From Eledone cirrhosa (lineage: Eukaryota), in contig OZ024740.1 in NCBI GenBank assembly GCA_964016885.1, positions 439,580,001 through 439,644,000 of the forward strand: a stretch of 64,000 nt of DNA, written 5' to 3'. A program made the translations under genes and the position numbers. The notes beneath the pieces are model-generated. The model was not told the DNA's origin. It searched no databases and saw only the letters and a list, made by a program, of their open reading frames with translations. The first letter of the stretch is position 1. Each line of letters starts with the position of its first letter. Shown here in pieces: positions 35,601 through 47,200 of this stretch.

Positions 35601-37183
35601 TCAGCATTCAGATCATTACCTGCTTCGGATGCTTCCTCCGTTCTCTCAATCTCTTCACCTTCATTTCCCACTGGCATACTTCACTCTCCATTTCTACCTT
35701 AATCTCTCTGCTCAGTTCCTCCAGTTCCAACTCGCTTATCCATCCATTAGTTCTTATTACCCGAGCCTGCCCGGCCAATTTTGTTCATCTAATTTAAATA
35801 GACCAATCTCGTTCCAGATGTTATGCATCCGTTTCCTATAGTCTTTTTCCTTGGGGTTACTCTTCAGGTAACATTCCATGACAGTTCTATTCAATTCTTT
35901 CGTCCAGTTGGTTCTTGTTACTTTCCTTCTTCTACTTCCTCCAACACCAGCAGTATTTGGATGACAGCCAGGTCCCTGCTGCTGGGACAAGGGGCACTTG
36001 CTAGGTGAGAGTCTGTCACATGACGTTCCAGTCTCCTCTTCACCGTTATTCGAACTGTTTAGGTTCGACATTTAAACACTCATATCGGGGATTGGTGAAT
36101 GTATTGTTACATAACCACCGGTGATTTCATCACCCCCAGTGATTTCATCACCCCGGTGATTTTAGCGTGGCACCATCACGCTGTAGACGAACATAAATAA
36201 ATAAAGAAATAAATAGATAAAAACTTAAAAATATAAACATAAGTTTCATTGTAATGTTTGAATGTCTGACTTAGTTTTATTTTGTTTGTTTGTTGTTTTT
36301 TCTTTACGTTTTTCGTTTTTCAAGGTCAGTAACGTCGGTTACTAGTATTGTTGTTGCTGCTGTTGCTCTTTTTGATTTTAGCTACGAGGGAAGTGAGGTT
36401 GTTGCGTTCAAAATTTGATTTTGTTGTTGGATTTGTTTTTGTCTGTGTTCTGTTCTATAATATTTCGACTTGTTGCTTATTATTATTATTATATAATAAT
36501 AATTATAATTATTATTATATAATATAATAATAATAATTGTTTCTACGTTAGGCACAAGGCCAGCAAATTATCCAGTGTATTACTGGTACTTTATTTTATC
36601 GACCCCGTAAGGATGAAAGGCAAAGTTAACCTCGGAGTTCAAATCCCGCCGAAGTTAACTTTGCCTTTCATCCTTACGGCGTCGATAAAATAAAGTACCA
36701 GTAATACACTGGGTAATTGCTGGTCTTGTGCCTAACGTAGAAACAATTATTATTATTATATTATAGTTTAGATTTGACATCGTTTAAACTAAACATTTTC
36801 AGAGTTTAGAGATACAACAACAATAATTATTTTGGTGTTGTTGTTGTTGTTGTTATTAGATGTTTGACCGGGTCACTAAATCAGTCTATTTATATCTTTT
36901 GATGCCTTCCTCGCTTCTATTCATGTGTAGTGGCACGACTACCGTCCCTCTCTTGACAGGAGGTAGTGAGGGAATATTGGCGGTAGCGATGAAGCAGTGG
37001 TGGCGGTGGTGATGGGATAGTAGTACTATAGTGATGGGGTTGCTGTAGCCGTTGGTTTGTATTTGGTTAGATTTTTTGTGATAGTGGTGATGGTGGCGGC
37101 GGTGGTGGTGTTGGTGGTGAAATTATTTGGCTGTTGTTTGTAACCATTTTTTTTTTACCATAAAATTTCTGATACAAATATTA
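32700..37183 (-). mobile_element. R4/Dong-like LINE family Dong-3 copy a, with a long 5' leader interrupted by SINEs
   Basis: Disrupted ORF from 36071 to 32777 (fragments 35757-36071, 34242-35558, 32911-34254: [28 protein letters not shown]); leader homologous to 43320-44065. Confidence 0.88.
36531..36758. mobile_element. Inverted pair of 5'-truncated SINEs forming a palindrome with arms of about 100 bp
   Basis: 36531-36635 is the reverse complement of 36649-36755 with few mismatches. Confidence 0.88.
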
Positions 37184-38717
37184 TGAAGGATTTTTCATGA
37201 AGGCTGCTCTTCCTCCTTGTTATTTCCTCCTTGGACATCCCCTGGTCTATTGTCCTCTGCTTCAGTACAATTCTGAGCATTGGCTCCCTACTGTCAGTCA
37301 CGTATTTGTGCAGGTTGTTTTTCTCCATCTGAACACAGTCCTCTATGCTGATAAGACTTCTTCCACCTTCAGATCTCTTTAAGTAGAGTCTATCGACATC
37401 ACTCCTCTTGTGGAACATGTTGTAGATAGTCAATAGCTTCCTAGTATTCTTATCCATTTCATTTTGTTCAGCAACATTCCATTTCAGAATTCCAGCACTG
37501 TACCTAATAATAGACACAGCTCGGGAATTCACTGCACTTATGACATTCCTACTATTTAGATGTGATTTTAGTACACTCCTTACTCTCCTAATGTACTCAG
37601 AGATTATCAATTCCTTCATTTTTTTGTTCTTGATGTCATCTGCCTCCAGAACACCTAAATACTTGCATACTTCTTCAGTGTCAATGTCCTTTATCATCCC
37701 ACTTGTTGGCACCTGGATTCCGTTGCTTCCGCTCAATTTACCACTCTTTATCTCTAGCACTCCACACTTATTAATACCAAATTGCATACATATATTATTG
37801 CTGATAATACGGACAGTGTCAACAAGTACATCCAACTCCTTCTCACTCTTCCCAAAGAGTTTAAGATCGTCCATGAAGAGGAGTTGGTGATGGTAAGCTC
37901 TCCTTTTCCCAACTTGTATCCTGCTCTCATTTTCGCAGTATAATGGCCAGGGGTATCAGGGCAAGGACAAACAACAGAGGGGACAAACTATCTCCCTGAA
38001 AGATACCTCTCTTGATCTTCACGTCTCCCAAGGATTTTCCACCCGATGTTAACTCTGTTTCCCAGGACTTCATACTTTTGCTCAACAACTGTCTGATGTT
38101 ATCTGCCACCTTGAAGATCTCTAGGCTTTTGGTTATCCAAGAATGAGGTACCATGTCGAAGTTCAGGATATCAACCAAATCTTGTCCTAGCCCGTCAGCA
38201 TTCAATTCCTCAATGTTCCAGATGTTATTTATTTCAGTATTCAGATCATTGTCTACTTCGGATGCTTCCTCCGTTCTCTCAACCTCTTCACCTTCATTTC
38301 CCAATGGCTCGTTTGCCTGACATACTCCACTCTCCATTTCCAACCTAATCTCTCTGCTCAGTTCCTCCAGTTCCAACTCGCTTATCCATCCATTAGTTCT
38401 TATTACCCGAGCCTGCCCGGCCAATTTGTGTTCATCTAATTTAAATAGACCAATCTCGTTCCAGATGTTATGCATGCGTTTCCTATAGCCTTTTTCCTTG
38501 GGGTTACTCTTCAGGTAACATTCCATGACAGTTCTATTCAATTCTTTCGTCCAGTTGGTTCTTGTCCCTTTCCTTCTTCTTCATCTTCCCCCAACACCGG
38601 AAGTATTTGGATGATAGCCAGGTCCCTACTGCTGGGCCAGGAGGCACTTTCTGGGTGAGAGTCTGTCACATGACGTTCCAGTCTCCTCTTCACCATTATT
38701 CGAACTGTTTAGATTCG
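37183..38717 (-). mobile_element. Dong-3 copy b, internally deleted and 3' truncated
   Basis: ORFs 37927-38541 (N-terminus joined directly to the RT at ...VDILN|FDMVPH) and 37155-37874. Confidence 0.85.
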
Positions 38718-38741
38718 GAATGTCTTATTTATTATTATTTT

Positions 38742-40043
38742 CCGCCTCACCGTCGTCCCTTGCTCCAGCCCAACTCTCACCAAAATGGAACGCCTCCGCT
38801 TCCGCTTTTTGTGGAAGGGACGCGCTCCCATGGTCAGACGATCCATCTGCTGTCAACACCCGTTGCGTGGAGGACTGGGGATGCCATGGCTGATGATGCG
38901 CAAACATGCGCTGAGGCTGCGACATCTCTGGTGCTGCATTGATGGTGAACAGGTGTGGTCGTCGTTCGCTAGGCACCTTTTCCCACAGCTCGTCTCCTTG
39001 GCGGAGCAGCAGTCCTGGGTCAGAAAAAGACCGAGGGATAGCGCTTGGAAACTGGAATGTCTCCAGGCGATCACTGCCCTCTGCCAGCTGGGCACCAGTA
39101 TCGGTGCAGCATCCACCTCGGCGTTCTATAGAGGACTAGTGGATGGGAAAAGCGACGACATTCTCGGAGAGATCCTGGGCGTCGAAGGAGATCAGCTGTT
39201 TGCTCTCTTCCGGAGAACTTTCAGCCCGGGGCCTATGGATAACTTCAAAAAATCCCTGGCCTCGCAGTGCTACCGGGGAGCGCTACCGGTTCGAGATAAG
39301 CTCTACAGGCAAGGAAGTGCCGTTAGCCGAGCCTGTCCGAGATGCGCACAGAGCGAAGAAACCGTCGTGCACGCACTCGTTCAGTGCCCGAGCATTGCTG
39401 ACTTGTGGAGCTATGTCGAACAGTTGCTGTCACGTGTAGGACTGATCCGGTTGTCGACTGAGGCCATTGTGCAAATGGTATCACCGTCTTCCTTCGAGGA
39501 GGAAGGGCAGGCGGTTTTCATCTGCCTGGTGGCCATGGCGAAAGAGATTGTGTGGTGGACAAGGTTAAAAGGGTTAAAGACAGACACTTTGCTCTTCGGC
39601 GAATCCCTAATTAACTTTTTCAAGTTTCACTTGAAGAGGAAAATCAGGGTGGAGAGGCAAGTGCTACTTTCTAGCAAGTTTGTTTAAAGGTGGGTGAATG
39701 TAGCGATAATGGTCCGAGTGAACGGGACCACTCTGAATATACGTCTGTAGTTTGAGAGATGGAAAAATTGAGAGAGGGCGCTTGCGCTGGTTGTCAGGTT
39801 GGCCGTGGTCTTTTGTGTGGTTTTCGCCACGACTAACCCTCGGAGGTTTTCTCCTAATGGGGAATTTTTCATTGTTTCAATTTTCATTTTTATTGTTTAT
39901 AAATATATATGTTTCTATGTCCTTTTTTTTCTTTTCTTCTATAAATAACAAAAATATTTACACGCACAAAACCCACATCGTACCGTCCTGTACCGTCTGT
40001 AATGTTTTTCTTGATGTCAGCCCTTGTGGCCAATAAAGAAATC
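38742..40043 (+). mobile_element. L1/Tx1-like LINE family D, 3' fragment
   Basis: ORF 38785-39687 is the ORF2 C-terminus (CPRC..H..QC); near-identical to 60450-61706; tail at 40044-40058. Confidence 0.9.
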
Positions 40044-40058
40044 ATTATTATTATTATT

Positions 40059-43000
40059 GTTCTTTGAGTCTCAGTCATTGATGTTAGTTAACTGGAATGT
40101 TTGTTGAAATGAATATCAAGCCACTACCTGCAGCCTCAGATATTCAGGACGTATCGGAGGGTTCTTGCTGTTCTCAGCAAGCATGCCTTTTGAAGCGTTC
40201 CAAAAAGCGTGGCGGGGCCAATTTTCTTTAACCATCCCTGGAAACTTTTTGAGATAGTACCTAATGCGCCTATGACAATCGGGACCACTTTGACTTCATG
40301 GCAGTTCCAAATCCTTTTTACCTCCCACTTTAAGTCCTGGTATCGGTTAATTTTCTCCCTCTCCTTCTCTTGTACTCTCGTGTCGAATGGGCAGGCCACA
40401 TCCACAATCAGGCACGATCTTTTTTCCTTGTCCAAAACCACCAGGTCAGGTCTATTGTGTTCCAGTTTCTTGCCCGTCTGTATCCTAAAATCCCACAGCA
40501 CCTTCACCTGGTCGTTTTCTATCACCGACTCTGGCTTATGCTCATACCACTTGTCAGAATGTGGTAAATTGTTTACTTTGCATAAGTGCCAGTGGATCAC
40601 CCTGCCCATCACATCACGTCTCCAGCCTTTATAGTGAGTCTGGGCTAGGTGTTTACACTCGGATACAATGTGAGCCACAGTCTCCTCTCTCTCTCCACAG
40701 ATCCTGCACAGTGGGCTAGCCTCCTCCTTGTAAATATGTTGTTTCAACCACTTCGTTTTGAGTGCCTGCTCTTGCGCAGCCATTAGCATTCCTTCTGTAG
40801 TCTTTTTAAGGTCTCCTCTTTTCAACCAGTTCCATGTCTGTGGATCTCTGAATTCAGTTTTCTCAAAGAAGGTACTATGAAGGGATTTTTCATGAAGGCT
40901 GCTCTTACTCCTTGTTGTTATTTCCTCTTTGGACATCCCCTGGTCTATTGTCCTCTCCTTCAGTACAATTCTGAGCATTGGCTCCTTACTATCAGTCACG
41001 TATTTGTGTAGGTTGTTTTTCTCCATCTGAACACAGTCCTCCATGCTGATAAGGCCTCTTCCACCTTCAGATCTCCTTAAGTAGAGTCTATCGACATCAC
41101 TTCTCTGTGGAACATGTAGTATATAGTCAATAGCTTCCTAGTCTTCCTATCCATTTCTTTTTGTTCAGCAACATTCCATCTCAGAATTCCAGCACTGTAC
41201 CTAATAATAGACACAGCTCGGGAATTCACTGCACTTATGGCATTCCTACTGTTCAGATGTGACTTCAATACGCTCCTTATTCTCCGAATGTTTTCAGATC
41301 TTATCTATTCTTTCATTTTTTTGTTCTTGATGTCATCAGCCTCCAGAACACCCAAATACTTTTATCCTTCTTCAGCGTCAATTTCCTTTATCATCTCACC
41401 TGTTGGTACCTGGATTCCATTGCTTCTGCTCAATTTACCCCTCTTCATCACAAGGACTCCACACTTACTAATACCAAATTGCATACATATATCATTGCTG
41501 AAAATACGGACAGTGTCAACAAGCACATCCAACTCCTTCTCACTCTTCCCGAAGAGCTTAAGATCGTCCATGAAGAGGAGGTGATTGATGGTAAGCTCTC
41601 CCTTTCCCAACTTGTATCCTGCTCTCACTTTTCGCAGTATAATGGCCAGGGGTATCAGGGCAAGGACAAACAACAGAGGGGACAAACTATCTCCCTGGAA
41701 GATACCTCTCTTGATCTTCACGCCTCCCAAGGATTCTCCAGCTGATGTTAACTCGGTTTTCCAGGACTTCATACTTTTGCCCAACAACTGTCTGATGTTA
41801 TCTGCCACCTTGAAGATCTCTAGGCTTTTGGTGATCCAAGAATGAGGCACCATGTCAAATGCCTTTTTGTAGTCTATCCATCCCATGGCAAGACCAGTGT
41901 GTCTCCTCTTGCAATTCATCATTACCATCTTATCGATAAGTAACTGGTCCTTTGTACCACGGGACTTCTTTCGGCATCCTTTCTGTTCGTCCGGTAACAA
42001 GCTGTTTGTGTGGAGGTGATGGTAGATTTCCTTAGACATAATGCTTGTCAGACAGTTTCCACATTACGGACAGACATGTGATAGGTCTATAGTTGGTAAC
42101 ATTATTATCCTTGATTCGGTCTTTCATTACCAGAACTGTGGTACCTTTTGTCAACCACTCTGGTACCTCACCTGACCTCAAGCAGGCATTTGACATGGTT
42201 GTCTGTTTCGGGTGGAGGTATGTTATATTTTTAATCTAATACCCCTGCACACCATCTGGGCCTGGTGATTTCCAGTTGGTTAGTCTTTTGGCCTGCCCCT
42301 TAAGAGTTTCAACTGTGATACTCAAATCAGTTTGTTGGTGTGCTTGTTCACTAATCTCCTTTTGTACTGTCTCAATCCACACTGCCTGATCATTATGTTT
42401 AACATCCTGCTCCCATATTCCTCTCCAGAATGTCTTAGTTTGTTCCGCCTCAGGGATCAAGTCGCTTCCTCTTTCTTTCCCTTCAAGCTCTCCAAACAGC
42501 ATCTTCTGGTTGTTGTCAAACATGCGGTTCTGATCTTTCTTGTTTGTTGTTTCCTCTCGCTTTTATGCCAAGTAATTTCCTCACCGCATTTGCTGTTGCT
42601 TTGAGGATATTGTTGCATTGGTGAAGGTTCCTCGCCTCAAGGTATGGGATGACTTTGTTTACCTTAGCTGTTGTTTCTTTTAACTTTTTCCTGTCTACAA
42701 ATCTTAGGTTCATAGGTTTCTCACTATCATTGTTCAATTCATCTACCACTAAGTTTAGGATATCAACCAAATATTGTCCTAGCCCGTCAGCATTCATCTC
42801 CTCAATGGCTGTATCTTTGTTCCAGGTATTATTTATTTCAGCATTCAGATCATTGTCTGCTTCGGATGGTTCCTCCATTCTCTCAACCTCTTCACCTTCA
42901 TTTCCCATTGGTTCGTTTGCCTGGCATACTCCACTCTCCATTTCCAACCTAATCTCTCTGCTCAGTTCCTCGAGTTCTAGCTCGCTTATCCACCCATTAG

Positions 43001-44187
43001 TTCTTATTACTCGAGCCTGCCCGGCCAATTTGTGTTCATCTAATTTAAATAGACCAATCTCGTTCCAATGTTATGCATCCGTTTCCTATAGCCTTTCTCC
43101 TTGGGGTTACTCTTCAGGTAACTTTGCATAACAGTTCTATTCAATTATTTCGTCCAGTTGGTTCTGTCCCTTTCCTTCTTCTTCTTCCTCCGACACCAGC
43201 AGTATTTGGTTGACAGCCAGGTCCTTGCTGCTGAGCCAGGGAGCACCTGCTGGGTGAGAGTATGTCACATGACATTCCAGTCTCCACTTCACCGTTATTC
43301 GAACTGTTTAGGTTCGACATTTAAACACTCTTATCGAGGATTGGTGAAAGTATGGTTACATAGCCACGGGTGATTTCATCACCTCCGGTGATTTTAGTGT
43401 GGCATTATCCCGCTGTAGACGAACATAAATAAACAAACAAATAAACAGGTAAAAACCCCCCCAAAAAAGAATAAGCATAAGTTCCATTGTAATGTAATGT
43501 TTGAATGTCTGACTTTTTTTTTTTTCCTTCTCTGTCTGTCTGTCTGTTTTTCTTTTCATTTTTCTTTTCTTTACGATTTTCGTTGTTGCTGTGCTGTTTT
43601 GATTTTGATTTTTGGTTTTTTGATTTTTTGACCGGGTCATCAAATCAGTCTATTTATATTTCTGTTGATACCTTCCTGTTTTAGTGGGGACACTAAGATG
43701 CATGTCTTAGCAGGAGGTAGTGGGAGAGAATAGCGGCGGTAGCGATAATGAGGCAGTGCTGGTGGTGGTGATGGTGGTGCTGTGCTAGTAGTACTTAGCG
43801 GGAGGTAGTGGGAGAGAATAGCGGCGGTAGCGATAATGAGGCAGTGGTGGTGGTGATGTGATCATAGTACTGTAGTGATGGTGTTGAAGTTGAAGTAGAA
43901 ATAGAAGTTGAGGTAACTTGACTAGAGTTTTTGGCATGGTAGTGGTGATGGTAGCGGTGGTGGTGTTGGTGGTGAAATTATTTGCCTGTCTGTCCACTTA
44001 GCCATTTTGCCATTTTTCTCTTTTTTGACTATAACAATTTTGATCCAAAATTAAATATCAAATATTGGGGCCCTATGCCGTAAACAGATGTGTTGTGGCT
44101 TGCTGAGCGTTAAATCTGTAATCTTATACTTCATTTGTAATAAGAATTATTCTATCACAGTTGTTTTAAATAGGTAAGTTTTTTTAC
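40059..44187 (-). mobile_element. Dong-3 copy c, 5' end reaching the (TTA)n tract
   Basis: Disrupted ORF from 43320 to 40136 (FMDD, CRIC, NRPDL); leader of about 870 nt. Confidence 0.88.
43706..43858. repeat. Direct duplication of about 60 bp (period 88) in the Dong-3 leader
   Basis: CTTAGC(A/G)GGAGGTAGTGGGAGAGAATAGCGGCGGTAGCGATAATGAGGCAGTG at 43706 and 43794. Confidence 0.8.

Positions 44188-44218
<31 letters not shown>
44188..44218. repeat. (TTA)n tract, head-to-head junction
   Basis: Separates the Dong-3 5' end (-) from the Tx1-C 5' end (+). Confidence 0.93.
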
Positions 44219-47200
44219 GGCCGCACATGTGTGAAGACAAATCTGCGGGGGAAAAGGTTCGTAACTTTAAGCTGTTTTAAAGTGTCATTTTTTGTATTTT
44301 CTTGTCGTTAACGAAACTTAAGGTACACATCTTGATTTAAAGAGAGGGATACCTCTCAATATTCGGGCTTTAAACGGTAAACAACGTTCAGGTCAAAAGT
44401 TTAAAGGCAGCCACTATAGATGTCACCACGACTACAACGGCTACAGTCATGCCTGTCATCCACTCTACTGAACGTGAAGGCAAAACTCAACGTCTGTGAT
44501 AGCAGCAGTATCATCTGAAAACGACATCTCCACCACCGCCACCACCACCACAACAACAACAACAACTCAGAGCAATAACGTCAATAACACCGATAGCTTC
44601 AATGTAAACACGGATGGCGGTGGCAACAACATAAACAAACAAAACAACAACAACAACACAAATAACAACAGCAAGAATGACAACACCAACAATAAAAGCA
44701 TCAGAAGCACCACATTTGCTGCAGCAGCAGCAAAAACAAAGCGCTTATTGAATATTGATATTGATATTAGCAATAAAGATGAACAGTTGGCCAAAGCGAG
44801 GAGGCTAATTAAACGGGAGAAGTCCTGGGCAAACCTGACCATCCCGGACGAGGCAATAGCGGCCATACAAAGGAGGACGGTGTTCTTTCGATGCATTTCG
44901 GTGCAGACACGAAAAGTGGAACTTGCCAGCCAAGCAGAGGTCGAGGCTGCTTTGGAGTACATCGGAAGTAACATAGAGTATAACGCAAGAGGCAAACAGT
45001 TCGGTACCATCTCGGTACAGTTCAAAACCGAGGCCCTCGCTATTAAGCACTCGGTGACCCCCTGCAGAACGGAGCGCATTATCATGCATCTGTCCTACAT
45101 GGGTAAAAGGACAGTAAAGGTACGCATCCCAAGCATCCCACCAGGAATGAACATATGGTGGCTGCTGAGGTGCGTAATCGAGGAGGGGACAGACACTACC
45201 CTCCTGGATATCAAAAGGACAGAGAGAGAGGACTGGTCCGGAATGGATTTGGAGATTCTTCTCCAAATGAAACCGGAGGACATAAACAACATCCCGGATT
45301 TTGCCCGCCTGCAGGACGGGACAACAATCCAACTAATCATTGGCGGAAGAAGGCCACGCTGCTTCGTCTGCGGGGAAGCAACGCATCTGCAAGCCTTCTG
45401 CCCTCAGCGCAAGAACGAGGGAGTCGCAAACCTCCTTTGTTGCCAACGCCAGTGTCAGCACGGAAATCTGCACCACTACCACCACCAAAAACAACACCAA
45501 CAAAAACACGGACACCAACATCAAAAACAGCCGGATCACCACCAACACCAAAACCAATCCAAGGGGAAAACGAGGAAAGCTCTCCCACTCCCCCGCCACC
45601 AATTATAACATAGACAAAACAATAAAAGCACATACAAACACAGAGACACTCACAGCCACAGACCCTTTGTCTTCCAGCAGCGAAGATGAAGGAAAACCCA
45701 AAAGTGCAAAAAAACAGAGAAAACTCACAAAAAAAAGCCCCAACAAAACACACAAAAATACAGACACCACTAACGCAAACACTTCCCCAATAACATCATC
45801 ACCAACAGCAACATCGACACCACCTCCACAATCCCCGAAACGCAAACAACCTAAACAAACACAAGTACAAATAAACACACAAATACCTGAAATTGCAGAC
45901 ACCACACCAACAAAATGTTAAAAACTTCGTGCTTGTCAGAAGCGCCAACAATAAACTGATGGCCCTCTTAGCACGAAGCGAGGACATTCAAACAGACGGG
46001 GAGATTTTTGAAATGAGCACATATTTCGTGCCAGAAGATTTGCTTCTGGTCCGAATGTTACTCAATTCCTTCAAAGAAATACGAGAGAGCTTTCTTCAAG
46101 ACGTGGGAACCACGAATGTGAAACCCACATCAAGACTTTTAAAGGGGTTCCCAAAAGAAACCCCACCAACCATGGAGGTCGAACCACCAGACCTTCACAA
46201 ACCCCGGGGGTAAGTAAACCTTCCCTCTCTCTCTCTCTTAGCTTACCAATATGGCCATATTAAGAGTAGGAAGTTTAAATGTTCGCGGCCTGGGGTCACC
46301 CTGGAAGCAGGGTCGCTAATCAACGACCTCAGGTCGCTGGAAATGAATGTGATTGCGTCAGCGAGACCAGAATTTCCGACACGCGCGCACTAGCCCCCAT
46401 TTTCGACGAATATCAGATCTTCGCATCTGTTAGCAGGCCGGAAATGGGGGGGGGGGTCAGTGCTGTTTAGGAAAGGACTGGATCACGAGGTAAGGTCGAT
46501 CTTCCGGGACCCGGACGGTAAGTTGGTCGTCTTGGATGTGAGCAGTAGCGAAGATGGTGCCTTTAGGTAGCCGGCCGTCTACGCCCCTACACGGGCCGAA
46601 CGACCGGACTTCTTTAGGCGCCTGGAGACCTTTCTGGGTACGTCTCGCCCTTTACTGTTAGCGGGGGACTGGAATGGCATCTTAGAAGCACGCTGGGATT
46701 GTGTGGGAGTAGCCGATAGGAGCGGGGGGTGCAAAAGTCTCAAGCACATACTCAGCCAGTAACAACTGTCTGACAGGTATCGACTAGATTTCCCCAATGG
46801 GGAAACGGTCGCCTATTCAGATCACAAATTTTTTATCTGTACGGTCGATCTAGATAAATCGCGTAGGTTAGGACCGGGTTACTGGAAGCTGAACATGTCA
46901 TTTCCGGTACGTAAGGCTTACAGGGACCGAGTCAACAATTTAGTTAAGCAAAACTTGACAGGGGGATCATCAACAACAGATGGTAGGGGGCTCTCAAAAG
47001 AGAGATTAGAGTAACTTCGATAGAGTTCAGCAAAGAACTAGCGTTAGAGAAAAATAGAAAGGAGGGGGAGCTTGTAGATAAGTTAGACGAGGCTATTTGT
47101 AGTGGCATTGCAACTGACGTTCTAGCGGCGAGAATGGCATTAGACCATTTCTTCAATTCCAAACGCGAAGTTTGCATTGTCAGAGCTAAGGCGCGTGCGC

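Noticed and set aside
36115-36160. Hammerhead ribozyme suggested by minus-strand GTGATGA..GAAA
   Set aside because: The core is GTGATGA rather than CTGANGA, and GAAA overlaps it with no stem II.
44170-44180. TAGGTAAGT / U1 5'-end-like ACTTACCT at the Dong-3c 5' end
   Set aside because: A single 8-9 nt match with no further U1 similarity, which could be chance.
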